Assembly (NCBI GenBank): GCA_949514915.1
Contig: CATFLP010000067.1
Span: 1-57,741 of the forward strand
DNA from: Methanobacteriota archaeon
GTDB taxonomy: Archaea; Thermoplasmatota; Poseidoniia; Poseidoniales; Poseidoniaceae
Reading direction: 5' to 3'
Length of the DNA stretch: 57,741 nt
Shown here: positions 16,173 to 26,401 of the stretch, in pieces
How positions within the stretch are numbered: position 1 is the stretch's first letter
Layout: every line of letters begins with the position of its first letter
Program-made: the position numbers and the translations under genes
Notes under the pieces: model-generated
Database searches by the model: none
The model's input: only the letters and a program-made list of their open reading frames with translations
Told to the model about the DNA's origin: nothing

Positions 16173-17531
16173 ATGTCAGGACCGAATATGGGATTCAAAC
16201 GAATACTCATTGCTAACCGTGGTGAAATTGCCCTGAGAATTCTCAGAGCATGTAGAGAAATGGACATAGAAGCCACAATAATTCATGGAAGAGAAGATAG
16301 AGGAAGCCTACCTGTACAATTATCTGATGCTGCAATACCGATATATCGTAAAGAACCTCTTTCAAGTTATTTAGAAATTGATGCCGTAATTAATGCTGCA
16401 AAAGAATTAGAAGTTGACGCTGTACATCCAGGATATGGTTTTCTAGCAGAAAACTCATGGTTTGTTTCAAGATTAGAACAAGAAGGGATTACTTTTATTG
16501 GACCTAGTTCTGAAGTAATCTCATTATTAGGAGATAAAATTAGAGCAAGAGCTGCAATGAAAGAAGCAGGATTACCTGTTGCTGCAGGAAGTAACGAGCC
16601 GATCAATGATGCTGAGGAGGCATCTATTTTAGCAGAAGAAATTGGTTATCCTGTAATAATTAAAGCGGCAGCGGGTGGAGGAGGAATTGGCATGCAAGTT
16701 GTAAATCAAAAAAGTGATTTTGAAAGTGCATTGAAATTATGCCAAAGCCGTGCCCAATCAGCATTCGGAGATAACAGAGTATTTGTTGAAAAATTTATTG
16801 AAGGTGCACAACACGTAGAATTTCAAGTTTTAGCAGATGGGAAAAATGCAATACATTTTGGAGAACGTTTCTGTTCAATACAAAGAAGGCATCAAAAATT
16901 AATTGAAGAAGGCCCTTGGCTAACAGAAGTAGAAAGAGAAAGAGTCGGAGATTTAGTTTGCAAAGGTGCTGAAGCTGTAGGTTACAAAGGATTAGCCACA
17001 TTTGAATTCCTCAGAGATAAACATGGAGAATTTTATTTCTTAGAGGTTAATCCAAGAGTACAGGTTGAGCATACAGTTACTGAAATGATTTCTGGACATA
17101 ATCTTGTAGAATTGGGTATTAGAATTGCTCAAGGTGAATCATTACCACTTAGTCAGGATGAAATTGAAATTAAAGGTCATGCCATACAATGCAGGATAAA
17201 TGCTGAAAAATCTGCAAATTTTGTACCCTCTCCTGGAAGACTTTGGGATTGTCATTTCCCTAGTGGTTATGGCATCAGAGTTGATTCACATGCACATGTC
17301 GGATATGATATGCCCAGATGTTTTGATTCGCTATTAGCAAAAATTATAGTTTGGGGAAGCACTAGAGATGAAGCAATAAGAAGAATGCGTTCTGCATTAA
17401 GTGAAACAAGACTAGAGGGAGTAGAAACATTAATTCCATTACACCTTAGAATCCTTGATGAAATTGATTTCAATTCCAGAAATATTACAATTCACTATAT
17501 AGATGAACATCAAGAGCTATTAGGTGATTAA
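16173..17531 (+). CDS. accC: Biotin carboxylase (ATP-grasp) subunit of an acyl-CoA or pyruvate carboxylase
   Basis: KRILIANRGEIALRILRACREM, VHPGYGFLAEN, IIKAAAGGGGIGM, EVNPRVQVEHTVTE. No BCCP or carboxyltransferase gene is present in the window. Confidence 0.9.
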   Translation: MSGPNMGFKRILIANRGEIALRILRACREMDIEATIIHGREDRGSLPVQLSDAAIPIYRKEPLSSYLEIDAVINAAKELEVDAVHPGYGFLAENSWFVSRLEQEGITFIGPSSEVISLLGDKIRARAAMKEAGLPVAAGSNEPINDAEEASILAEEIGYPVIIKAAAGGGGIGMQVVNQKSDFESALKLCQSRAQSAFGDNRVFVEKFIEGAQHVEFQVLADGKNAIHFGERFCSIQRRHQKLIEEGPWLTEVERERVGDLVCKGAEAVGYKGLATFEFLRDKHGEFYFLEVNPRVQVEHTVTEMISGHNLVELGIRIAQGESLPLSQDEIEIKGHAIQCRINAEKSANFVPSPGRLWDCHFPSGYGIRVDSHAHVGYDMPRCFDSLLAKIIVWGSTRDEAIRRMRSALSETRLEGVETLIPLHLRILDEIDFNSRNITIHYIDEHQELLGD

Positions 17532-18491
17532 ATGAAATTATTAATTGTAGGAAGTTTAGCATACGATTCAATAAAAACAGAACAAAATAGTGTTGAACAT
17601 ACATTAGGTGGTTCTGCAATATATGCAGGTATTTCTGCAGCAAAACATCTGAATAATATTTCAAAAGACATCATCAATAATGTCGGCATAGTAGGTGTAA
17701 TTGGTACAGATTTTCTAAACTCTGATTTAGATAGATTAACAAAACAAGGATTAAACATTAAAGGTATTGAAAAGGGAGATGGCCTTACATTTCGTTGGTC
17801 TGGAAGTTATTCTGGAGACATGAGTCAAGCAATTACGCATTCTACAGATCTAAATGTTTTTGAAACATTTTTACCAAAGGTTCCTGATGATTTCAAAACA
17901 CCAGAGATTACTTTTTGTGCAAATATGCATCCATTAATTCAATCAAGTGTTTTAGATCAAAGTAAACCACATAAATTTTCAGCTGTTGATTCTATGAATT
18001 TGTGGATAAATAACACCCCTAATGAATTATCTATGATCTTAAGGCGTGTTGAAATGGCAATATTAAATTCAGATGAAGTAAAAATGTTGGCAGATTGTGA
18101 AAATTTAATAGAAGCAGGTAATTTAATCCGAACTGGAAAAGTACTATCTGGAGGAGAAGATGAAGGCAGTGGTCCTAATATACTAATTATAAAAAAGGGA
18201 GGAGATGGTGTTTTGGCTTTGTTTAATGAAAGTGTAATTGAACTTCCTGCGTTTCCTACTTCTAAAATTATTGATCCTACTGGGTGTGGAGATTCATTTG
18301 CTGGTGCATTACTTGCACACCTCTCTGTAAAATCAAAAATAGATGAAAATATATTGACTAATGCACTTATTCATGCTAATGTAACTGCATCATTTACTAT
18401 AGAAGAAATGGGAGTGATTGGTATTGAAAATTTAGGCAACAATGAATATGAAAATAGATTGTCAGCATATCTAAATATAATTGAGAAATAA
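17532..18491 (+). CDS. PfkB-family carbohydrate/nucleoside kinase
   Basis: N-terminal GSLAYDSI and the C-terminal anion-hole motif DPTGCGDSFAGALL. The ATG immediately follows the accC stop. Confidence 0.8.
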   Translation: MKLLIVGSLAYDSIKTEQNSVEHTLGGSAIYAGISAAKHLNNISKDIINNVGIVGVIGTDFLNSDLDRLTKQGLNIKGIEKGDGLTFRWSGSYSGDMSQAITHSTDLNVFETFLPKVPDDFKTPEITFCANMHPLIQSSVLDQSKPHKFSAVDSMNLWINNTPNELSMILRRVEMAILNSDEVKMLADCENLIEAGNLIRTGKVLSGGEDEGSGPNILIIKKGGDGVLALFNESVIELPAFPTSKIIDPTGCGDSFAGALLAHLSVKSKIDENILTNALIHANVTASFTIEEMGVIGIENLGNNEYENRLSAYLNIIEK

Positions 18492-20177
18492 TCAATCTAA
18501 TCGTGTAATTCCTGTTGTTGAAAGGATATTTTTCTTATCATCATTTGACGCTTTAAAATCTTGAAATGATGAAGGTAATTTTTGTTCAACTAAATCTGGT
18601 GAAATTTCTTCAAGGAAATAATCAGAGGATTCATCATTATTTTCATGTATCTTTCTCAAAGCATCTGCTAATTGTGCTTCATGAGTTTGATGAGCTTGTA
18701 TTTTCAAAGCGTCCATTGTTCTATCTATCACAAACTCATTAGACTCTGATTCATTATTTGCATCTAAAGTCCTATTTCTTAAAAATTCAGGTGTTTTAAA
18801 AGGTAAAGACGATTTTAACATCCCCCACATAGTCAATCTTTTCATTTTGGAATTTTTTGGTTTTAATCTCTTAAATTGACGTTTCCCATCTTTGAGTTTA
18901 ATTCTTTTCAAACCCTCTGTATTATCTTTGTTAACTAATTCATTTTCATTAGGTGATTTAATTTCTTGTTTGGCCTGAGATACAATTCCAGGCAGATTAG
19001 GTTGTTTAAATTCTGTTGTTGTTACTTCTTCATATGAATTTAATGTAGAACCTAATTGATTTATTGGATTTGAAAAACCAGTTTGTTGGAAACTATTGAT
19101 AAAAGACTTAGATGGTTCTCTAGTTTCCACAATATTTTGAGGATTAGGTTTGAATTGTGTTTCTGGTATCATAGAGAAAGAGGATCTTGGTTCTTGTGAC
19201 ATAATATTTTCTTCTGGGATTATAGTTGATTCAAAAGCATCACCAAACATATTGAAAGGTTCTTCTTTAGATTCTGATTCATCAAAATCGAATCCAAACA
19301 TATTGAAAGATTCGTCTTGTGTTTGAGTTGTAATAGGTTTTGAAATCTCATTTGAAAAAGGTTGTTCATTAGCATCAGAACGGAGGATTTCTGTCCTATT
19401 CGCTACATTTGCCCACCCTGAATGTGCAGGAGGAGTTCTAAGCTCACTTTGGATTCTTCTTGCTCTTGAAATCGAACCATGATGTAATGGTTCTCTATTT
19501 ACAGAAATTTGTTCATCAATTTCAATAGGAATTGGAGATGATTCTGTTTTTGTATTTTGAATTAATTGTTCATCATCTTTTGATTTATTAATCAAATCTG
19601 CCATAGCCATTGATAATGCATCTGGCTTTTCATTTGTTTCTGTTTCAATAGTTTCAACTAATTCATCAAATACGCTAGAAGAAGGATACTCTGACATAAT
19701 TACCTCTTCCACTCCTTCTATAGCATTTTCAAAAGGAATACCGTCTCTGACTCGGTCTGCAATTACTCTAAATTTGATTAATTCTGTATCATTTCCAAAC
19801 AAGGTAAACGTTCCACCTTCACCACTATCTATTGTTAATGCAGATTTACGAAAACCTAACCATGAAATTATAATTCCTGCACCAATTAAGCCAACCCAAA
19901 TTTGCATTTGACCTGTTAATATTCTAATTGATGCATAAATCATCAACATTGCTATTGCTCCACACCAATGTGGAATAATATGGAATTGATGATGTCGCAT
20001 ACCTTCTACTTTATTATGAGACAATCGTAAAAAATTCCCATTATTTGATTCTAAAAGTACATCTTCGGGTGTTATAACAGTCCTCAAATTTCCTCGAGTC
20101 CCAGCCATATTGAATGTAGAGAATACCTCGCCCTCTACTCCTTCTGGCCGAGCCTTTTCTGGCTCAGTCGAATGCAT
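18492..20177 (-). CDS. Hypothetical membrane protein with long low-complexity C-terminal region
   Basis: 561-aa ORF with two adjacent hydrophobic helices (WCGAIAMLMIYASIRIL.., VGLIGAGIIISWLGF) followed by a polar, low-complexity tail. Its stop abuts the convergent PfkB stop with a zero-nt gap. Confidence 0.6.
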   Translation of the reverse strand: MHSTEPEKARPEGVEGEVFSTFNMAGTRGNLRTVITPEDVLLESNNGNFLRLSHNKVEGMRHHQFHIIPHWCGAIAMLMIYASIRILTGQMQIWVGLIGAGIIISWLGFRKSALTIDSGEGGTFTLFGNDTELIKFRVIADRVRDGIPFENAIEGVEEVIMSEYPSSSVFDELVETIETETNEKPDALSMAMADLINKSKDDEQLIQNTKTESSPIPIEIDEQISVNREPLHHGSISRARRIQSELRTPPAHSGWANVANRTEILRSDANEQPFSNEISKPITTQTQDESFNMFGFDFDESESKEEPFNMFGDAFESTIIPEENIMSQEPRSSFSMIPETQFKPNPQNIVETREPSKSFINSFQQTGFSNPINQLGSTLNSYEEVTTTEFKQPNLPGIVSQAKQEIKSPNENELVNKDNTEGLKRIKLKDGKRQFKRLKPKNSKMKRLTMWGMLKSSLPFKTPEFLRNRTLDANNESESNEFVIDRTMDALKIQAHQTHEAQLADALRKIHENNDESSDYFLEEISPDLVEQKLPSSFQDFKASNDDKKNILSTTGITRLD

Positions 20178-20266
20178 CCTAAAGTGTCAGGGAAACTCTT
20201 AGGTTATGAAGTTTAACACATTTATTTACAATAAATGCCACTCTAAATATATTTTTTAAATCTCCG

Positions 20267-21265
20267 TCATTCTAATTTATTATATTCAACTGAATAACCA
20301 ATGATTCTAGGTTTAGCATCTAATTGACATATTAACAAATGTGGTGTGCCATCTTTTCTAACCATCAAAGGAGAATCCCATTTAACGATAATTTTTTCAT
20401 TTTCTGCAAATTCAATCCTTCCAACTATAAATTGTAAATCTATAGCGACATGAAGTACCCCTCCTACAGAAGGTGAATATCTAGCAAATGCTGAAGAAAT
20501 AAATTTTAATTCTGTTTTATTATGAACTTCCACAGGATTATCTTCATTTTCTTTAACTATAAGAGAACCTTGAGATAAGGAGTTTTCATCGGCATTTCTC
20601 AATGCTATTCCAACTCGATCACCTGCATTTGCTTGATCTACATCATCATCCATCACTTGTAATGATCTTGCAATACCTAACCCATTAGAGGGTAAAATCT
20701 TCAAATTATCATGTTTATTTACAAATCCAGATCTTACGCCACCTATTGCAACTAATCCTACACCTTTAACATTGAATATTTGATCAACTGCAACTACAAG
20801 AGGATTGTTTATTCTATCTATTAATTCATTTTGTTTTTTAGACAAAAAATCTAACAACATTTCCCTCAATCCTAATGCATCTAATCTTTTGATTGGCCAT
20901 TTATCTAAACCTGCCTGTTTTACTAATCCTTCCAATTGGCTTTCATCGATCCAACCTCCTTCATCTGGGTTTGGAATAATAACACCATTAGAAATTCCAG
21001 AACAACTACAAGCAACTAACAATTCTCCAAATTTCGCATCTATCGATTTTACTTCTAATACTACAAAGTCACCTAATGTTAATGCTGAAGTTAAAGGTTT
21101 CAATTTTTCAGGATAAGTCACAGGACGAACTAAAGATAAAATCTTAACTCCAGAATCGGTATTTTCCTTATACACATATGATTCGACATCTCTTGAATCT
21201 GCAGATTTACCGATTTCCTTTGCTAATACATCAGAACCAAGAAATGTTACATTAAGAACGCTCAT
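20267..21265 (-). CDS. EF-Tu/SelB-family translation-factor paralogue with degenerate G domain
   Basis: The domain-II-like segment VDQIFNVKGVGLVAIGGVRSGFVNKHDNLKILP..SLQVMDDDVDQANAGDRVGIALRN is present. The N-terminal region lacks a canonical GxxxxGK(S/T) motif and NKxD. Start at ATG 21265. Confidence 0.5.
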   Translation of the reverse strand: MSVLNVTFLGSDVLAKEIGKSADSRDVESYVYKENTDSGVKILSLVRPVTYPEKLKPLTSALTLGDFVVLEVKSIDAKFGELLVACSCSGISNGVIIPNPDEGGWIDESQLEGLVKQAGLDKWPIKRLDALGLREMLLDFLSKKQNELIDRINNPLVVAVDQIFNVKGVGLVAIGGVRSGFVNKHDNLKILPSNGLGIARSLQVMDDDVDQANAGDRVGIALRNADENSLSQGSLIVKENEDNPVEVHNKTELKFISSAFARYSPSVGGVLHVAIDLQFIVGRIEFAENEKIIVKWDSPLMVRKDGTPHLLICQLDAKPRIIGYSVEYNKLE

Positions 21266-21295
21266 AAGATCACTTTTAAGTTCTAAATACAATAG

Positions 21296-22228
21296 TTATC
21301 TATTGTAAATTACCAATGCTTCATCAACAGATGCTCCATTACAAATAATTGCATGACACGCAGCACACATCTTAACTGCATCATCTAATGGTTTTTGATG
21401 AATATTTCTTCCTGTTGCAGCACCTCTAGCACCTGAAATGTTAACTTGATCCCAAAGTCTGCTCAAGAACTCTTTAGGTGGTAAACTTCCTCCACCTGAA
21501 CAAATTAATCCTGTTCTACCTGCTGACTGAACAGCTACTCCTAAACTTTCAGGTACTGTCATCCCATCAAATCCTTCCTTTGGATAATTAACTTTTGTAA
21601 AATCTGCTCCAATACAACATGCCAATCCTGATGCCCCTGAGATTAATTGAGGATCAAATTCATCAGGAACTGCTGAACCACGTGGATAAATCCATGTTAC
21701 TGCAATTAGCCCATGTTGATGGGCCTCAGAAATTAACATTGATGCTTCTGATAACATTTCAGATTCATTTTCACTACCAAGATATATTGTATAACCAATT
21801 CCAACAACATTAATGTCATTTAATATTAAATTATTTACATCATCCATTGTACAAAGTGATAAACTAATTGGCTCTTTTTGTTTCGTTTTTACCAGATGAG
21901 ATTTACTATTCATCTTTACTAAATATGGTATGTCTGGGTAATCTCTTGCATAACGAGAAATAAGTCCATATTGTGCAGCTAAAACTCCAATTGTACCTTC
22001 CTCGTGTGCTTTTGAACCAATTTCAAACAAATGTCTAGGATCATTAGAAGTAAGTGGTATTTTATTTCCTCCATCAAAAAAATCATCATTTAGATGTTCT
22101 ATTTTCTGATCACATGCAAATAAATTCATTCTACCTGTGCCGCTGGTTGCTGCTTTAAGATTTTCAAGAAAATCCTCAATTAATTCGTCTGGCACATCTG
22201 CTGGAATATATGCTTCTATTGGTTCCAT
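21296..22228 (-). CDS. fba: Class I fructose-bisphosphate aldolase, DhnA/FbaB family
   Basis: FACDQKIEH, YLVKMNSKS, GADFTKVNYP (Schiff-base Lys region) and GAATGRNIHQK parallel the E. coli FbaB-type layout. It is adjacent to glpX. Confidence 0.7.
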   Translation of the reverse strand: MEPIEAYIPADVPDELIEDFLENLKAATSGTGRMNLFACDQKIEHLNDDFFDGGNKIPLTSNDPRHLFEIGSKAHEEGTIGVLAAQYGLISRYARDYPDIPYLVKMNSKSHLVKTKQKEPISLSLCTMDDVNNLILNDINVVGIGYTIYLGSENESEMLSEASMLISEAHQHGLIAVTWIYPRGSAVPDEFDPQLISGASGLACCIGADFTKVNYPKEGFDGMTVPESLGVAVQSAGRTGLICSGGGSLPPKEFLSRLWDQVNISGARGAATGRNIHQKPLDDAVKMCAACHAIICNGASVDEALVIYNR

Positions 22229-22292
22229 TGAATCCCCTTGTTTCCTTGTCTTTGTTAGTTTTAATAATCTTATTCAATAAATGCAATTATAA

Positions 22293-23243
22293 TTAGGAAT
22301 GAAAATTAATGATTTTCTTGACATCTTTATTGTAAACATCAATTATTTGTGATGTAGTTTTTATTCCTTTATCAGTATTCTCAACTCCGTCTAAATATCC
22401 TGAACAAACCCCTGTAGCAACAAATAATGCATCTTTACTTGTACATAGATCAGTTGATTTCCATACTTTATGTAAATCATCATTAATCATATTTGATGCT
22501 CTTTGTTCTTCTTCCGAATCTTTGAATTGTAAACGACCTTCAAAAACACCCCCTACTCCCTGAATTGCTGTTGCAGTAATTACACCTTCTGGAGCGGCCC
22601 CAATTCCAAGTAACATGTCATATGGCCCATTTGAATCTGCAGCCCAAAGTGCTGCAGAAATATCTCCATCTGGCATAAGATGTAATTTTGCTCCTGCTTC
22701 ATTTATTTCCTTGAACAATTGGATATGTCTTTCCCTATCTAAAGCAACAATATTCAATTCTGAAATTTGCTTTTCTAATTTAAAAGCAGCCTGTTCTAAA
22801 TTCCAAGCAACACTTCCTTCTAATGAAACCTCTCCAATTAAATCTGGGCCTGCTGCAATTTTATCCATATAACAATCAGGAGCATGTAATAACGTACCTC
22901 TTGGAGCAGCAGCTAAAACTGCAATAGAATTTGGTGAATTTGTTGCACAATTAGTTGTACATTCTAAAGGATCTACTGCGATATCTACTGCAATGGCTTT
23001 TGGATCTCCCTGTCTAGAACCGAGTGGTTCTCCAATCCAAAGCATAGGTGCTTCATCACGCTCCCCCTCTCCAATAGCAACTCTACCATTAAATGGCACA
23101 TTATCAAAAGTGTTCCTCATTGCTTCTACAGCAGCTGCGTCAGCTGCTTTTCCATCTCCTTTACCCCTCCAATCAGAACTGGCAATTGCTGCTTTTTCAC
23201 ACGCCTCTAAAAAATAATTTGACAGTTCACGAACTGACGTCAT
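22293..23243 (-). CDS. glpX: Class II fructose-1,6-bisphosphatase (GlpX type)
   Basis: ACEKAAIASSDWRGKGDGKAADAAAVEAMR..RVAIGEGERDEAPML and DPLECTTNCA. Start at ATG 23243. Confidence 0.85.
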   Translation of the reverse strand: MTSVRELSNYFLEACEKAAIASSDWRGKGDGKAADAAAVEAMRNTFDNVPFNGRVAIGEGERDEAPMLWIGEPLGSRQGDPKAIAVDIAVDPLECTTNCATNSPNSIAVLAAAPRGTLLHAPDCYMDKIAAGPDLIGEVSLEGSVAWNLEQAAFKLEKQISELNIVALDRERHIQLFKEINEAGAKLHLMPDGDISAALWAADSNGPYDMLLGIGAAPEGVITATAIQGVGGVFEGRLQFKDSEEEQRASNMINDDLHKVWKSTDLCTSKDALFVATGVCSGYLDGVENTDKGIKTTSQIIDVYNKDVKKIINFHS

Positions 23244-23278
23244 GAACACCGCAAGAGGTGAAGGATTTCAAAACTCGC

Positions 23279-23734
23279 CTAATTCTGTTTTTTTTTACTA
23301 AGTACTTTTATGTCATTTATTCTTGTTTCTGGATATTGCCCTAAATCATCTTTTTCATAAGATTTAACCATATCATAAACACATAATAATCCTGCAGAAA
23401 CACCAACTAATGCTTCCATTTCTACACCTGTACGATAATTTGCACTAACTTCAACTGTACATCTCAAATTTTGTTCTTCAAAGGCCCAATCAACATTACA
23501 ACCTTCAATTGGAATAATATGACAATGTGGTATTATTCTAGGCGTGTCTTTAACTGCTTGAATCACTGCAATAGTAGATGCTTCAATTACATCTCCTTTC
23601 TTTATTTCATTATTTTTAATCGCTAAGATTGTTTTTTCTTGTAATCTAACTGTTCCTGTTGCTACTGCTGTTCTACTAATGTTTGGTTTTCCACCAACAT
23701 CTATTATCCCTTCAATTCTTTTTTCATTAGTCAT
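23279..23734 (-). CDS. moaC: Cyclic pyranopterin monophosphate synthase accessory protein MoaC
   Basis: GKPNISRTAVATG..IKKGDVIEASTIA..IPHCHIIPI..TGVEMEALVGVS. The ATG overlaps the moaE stop (TAATG). Confidence 0.85.
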   Translation of the reverse strand: MTNEKRIEGIIDVGGKPNISRTAVATGTVRLQEKTILAIKNNEIKKGDVIEASTIAVIQAVKDTPRIIPHCHIIPIEGCNVDWAFEEQNLRCTVEVSANYRTGVEMEALVGVSAGLLCVYDMVKSYEKDDLGQYPETRINDIKVLSKKKQN

Positions 23735-24156
23735 TATCCTAATCCTCCTTTCCAAATAGAACCTGATTCTGTTACCTCTTTCTTCCACAAAGGTGCTTGA
23801 ATTTTTAGTTCATCTATGATATTACTACAAGCTAAAAATGCTTCTTTTCTATGTGGTGAGCATACATGTATTGCCACAATATTCTCTTGAGGTGCTACAA
23901 TTCCTACTCTATGTGCTATTGCGATTCCACTAACACCAAACTCATTTTTACATCTTTCAGCAATTTTTTCCAAAGTTGGTATTAATTGATCTCTCCAAGC
24001 ATCAAACTCTAATTGTAAAACCCTCTCTCCATCTTCTAAATCTCTAGTTATACCTACAAAAGATACTATTGCTCCACACCCTTCAAAATTAAGTTTTTTC
24101 TTTAATTTTTCAGCATCAAGATTTGATTCGGAAATCTCGATAATGATGTTCTTCAC
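23734..24156 (-). CDS. moaE: Molybdopterin synthase catalytic subunit MoaE
   Basis: 140 aa with GAIVSFVGITRD, IAHRVGIV, VCSPHRKEAF and APLWKKE. GTG start. Confidence 0.8.
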   Translation of the reverse strand: MKNIIIEISESNLDAEKLKKKLNFEGCGAIVSFVGITRDLEDGERVLQLEFDAWRDQLIPTLEKIAERCKNEFGVSGIAIAHRVGIVAPQENIVAIHVCSPHRKEAFLACSNIIDELKIQAPLWKKEVTESGSIWKGGLG

Positions 24157-24251
24157 AATTCCACCTAATCAGTTCCTAGTTGACTGATGATATATTAACT
24201 GTGGTAAATATCAACGAATATTTCAAACGAAGTGAAAGGTTCGCATGTACA

Positions 24252-25523
24252 ATGCCAAATGATTCAAAGCCAATTGTAATAATGGGTGCTGGTCTTTCAG
24301 GACTTGCTGCATCTATTATTTTGGCAAAAGGTGGAAGAAAAGTAATTATCCACGATATCAGAAGCGATTCTGGAGAACGTTTTGATGGAGATTTTCAAGG
24401 TTTGGAAAATTGGACTACTGGCACTGACTTTTTTGATGAATTAAGAGAATGGGGTATTGAACCTAATGAATTTAAATCTACAGATTTTCATGAAATTGAT
24501 TTGGCACATCCTGATGATGAAATTACAAAACCATGGAGCCCACGTGTGGCATTTCGAGTTGTTGAAAGAGGTTCAGACGAACATACTATTGATCAAGGCC
24601 TTAAACGATTAGCAATAAAAGAAGGTGTTGAAATAAGATATAAATCGAAAATAACCCCAGATGAATGTGATATTATTGCAGCAGGACCTAAAGATACTTC
24701 AGCAGTAGCTTATGGTGAAATTTTCAAAACATCATTTCCAAATCATGTTACATTCCAATTGAATGATAAATTAGCACCAGGAGCATATTCTTATCTTATT
24801 GTAATTGACGGAATTGGATTAATTTGTACTTGTTTATGGCGAAAACAATCAAATTCTAACAGATATCTTAATGAAACAATAAATTGGTATGAAAAAAACT
24901 ATCCTGGATTAGATAGAACTCCAATAAAAAGAGTGGGGGGGAAAGGAGATTTTGCAATTCATTCATCATATAAGTCGAAAAATAAATACTATGTTGGAGA
25001 AGCTGGCGGACTTCAAGATTTCATGTGGGGCTTTGGCATGAGATATGCAATAACCAGTGGAATTTTGGCAGCAAAAGATATTCTCGGAGAATCAGATTAT
25101 GAATCTGAAATTAAATCAAAATTGTTACCTAAATTAAAAACTTCTGTAGTTAATAGATTCTTAATGAATCGTGTTGGAGACAGAGGATATAAAAAAGTTG
25201 CAAAATATTGGATGAAGCATCAAAAAAAGCATGGAGACGGATTGATTTTTATGGAAATGGTATACAATTGGGGTATATTTAGAAGAATCATATATTTCTT
25301 TGCAAATCTAGGAATGCTCAAAAAGGGAGTGACTAAAGACGGAAGATCAATCAGAAGAATGCCATTTAGAAAAGCACTGAAAAGAGACGTTTGGGAGCCA
25401 AGTGAAAGAGCAATAGAAATCGGGCAAGAATGGAAAGAAATTAGAAGAAGTGGAGGGAATATTAGTTTCTCAAATGACTCAGATTCTAATTCAATTCCAA
25501 ATCACTCCGAAGCGAGTGATTGA
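24252..25523 (+). CDS. FAD-dependent oxidoreductase (geranylgeranyl-reductase-like flavoprotein)
   Basis: Dinucleotide-binding motif IVIMGAGLSGLAASIILAKGGRKVIIHD. It is the first gene of a tightly packed + strand operon. Start is ATG 24252 or TTG 24180. Confidence 0.7.
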   Translation: MPNDSKPIVIMGAGLSGLAASIILAKGGRKVIIHDIRSDSGERFDGDFQGLENWTTGTDFFDELREWGIEPNEFKSTDFHEIDLAHPDDEITKPWSPRVAFRVVERGSDEHTIDQGLKRLAIKEGVEIRYKSKITPDECDIIAAGPKDTSAVAYGEIFKTSFPNHVTFQLNDKLAPGAYSYLIVIDGIGLICTCLWRKQSNSNRYLNETINWYEKNYPGLDRTPIKRVGGKGDFAIHSSYKSKNKYYVGEAGGLQDFMWGFGMRYAITSGILAAKDILGESDYESEIKSKLLPKLKTSVVNRFLMNRVGDRGYKKVAKYWMKHQKKHGDGLIFMEMVYNWGIFRRIIYFFANLGMLKKGVTKDGRSIRRMPFRKALKRDVWEPSERAIEIGQEWKEIRRSGGNISFSNDSDSNSIPNHSEASD

Positions 25524-25549
25524 AGAACTGGTTACTATTGGGCCTGAAT

Positions 25550-26401
25550 ATGAGCCTTGAACTAGAAGCAATGCCTAACAACTTAGTAAATTACGGAGTG
25601 ACAGAAAATGGAATCGCTGTCATCGAACTTTGTTCCGATTCTGATGGTAAACCATTAGGTGAAGGAAAAACCCCAGTAAACACCTATACTAGGGAAATGT
25701 GGGAAGATATCGATAAAGCAATTCTTAATGCTCGTTTTGATGACAAAGTAACTGTTATTCTATTAACTGGAAAGGGGAATAATTTCTTCTCCGCTGGTGC
25801 AAGTATTAATTATCTTAATAGTTTAACACCGCGTTACAAATATTTCTTTTGCTTACATGCAAATGAAACTTTGTCACGTTTAGAACAAACACCAAAATTA
25901 GTTATTGCTGCATTAAATGGTCATACAGTTGGTGGAGGGTTAGAAATTGCAATGGCTGCAGACATAAGAATTGCAAGAAAAAATGCAGGAAAATTAGGAT
26001 TGCCAGAAATAAACCTTGGAGTATTAGCAGGAACTGGAGGTACTGCAAGATTAACAAGATTAATCGGAAAAGCAAAAGCATTGGAATTAATGGTTACTGG
26101 AGAATTAATTTCATTTGAAGATGGTGACGATATGAATTTAATTAATCAAATCTTTGAAAGTGATGCTGAAGAGTTTAGGAGAGATGTGATAGACTGGGCT
26201 GGTCAATTTACATTACCAAATAAAGCAGTTAAAGCAGTTGGAAATATCAAAAGAAGTGTTCAAACTGGTAGTGAATTACCTCTTGAATATCATCTTGCTC
26301 TTGAACGTGAATTACAATCAGATCTTTTCCAATCTAATGATGCAAAAGAAGGTATTGCTGCATATGTAAATAAAAAAGTAGCAAACTTTACTGGTGAATG
26401 A
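25550..26401 (+). CDS. Enoyl-CoA hydratase/isomerase (crotonase) family protein
   Basis: FFSAGASINYL, ALNGHTVGGGLEIAMAADIRIA and GLPEINLGVLAGTGGTARLTRLIG. Confidence 0.85.
   Translation: MSLELEAMPNNLVNYGVTENGIAVIELCSDSDGKPLGEGKTPVNTYTREMWEDIDKAILNARFDDKVTVILLTGKGNNFFSAGASINYLNSLTPRYKYFFCLHANETLSRLEQTPKLVIAALNGHTVGGGLEIAMAADIRIARKNAGKLGLPEINLGVLAGTGGTARLTRLIGKAKALELMVTGELISFEDGDDMNLINQIFESDAEEFRRDVIDWAGQFTLPNKAVKAVGNIKRSVQTGSELPLEYHLALERELQSDLFQSNDAKEGIAAYVNKKVANFTGE

Noticed and set aside
18488-18495. Zero-nucleotide gap between the convergent stops of the PfkB kinase (ends 18491) and the 561-aa membrane protein (ends 18492)
   Set aside because: It is real in the sequence but reflects the generally extreme gene packing here (many 1-nt TAATG/TGATG and 4-nt ATGA overlaps). 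It is not a specific functional signal.
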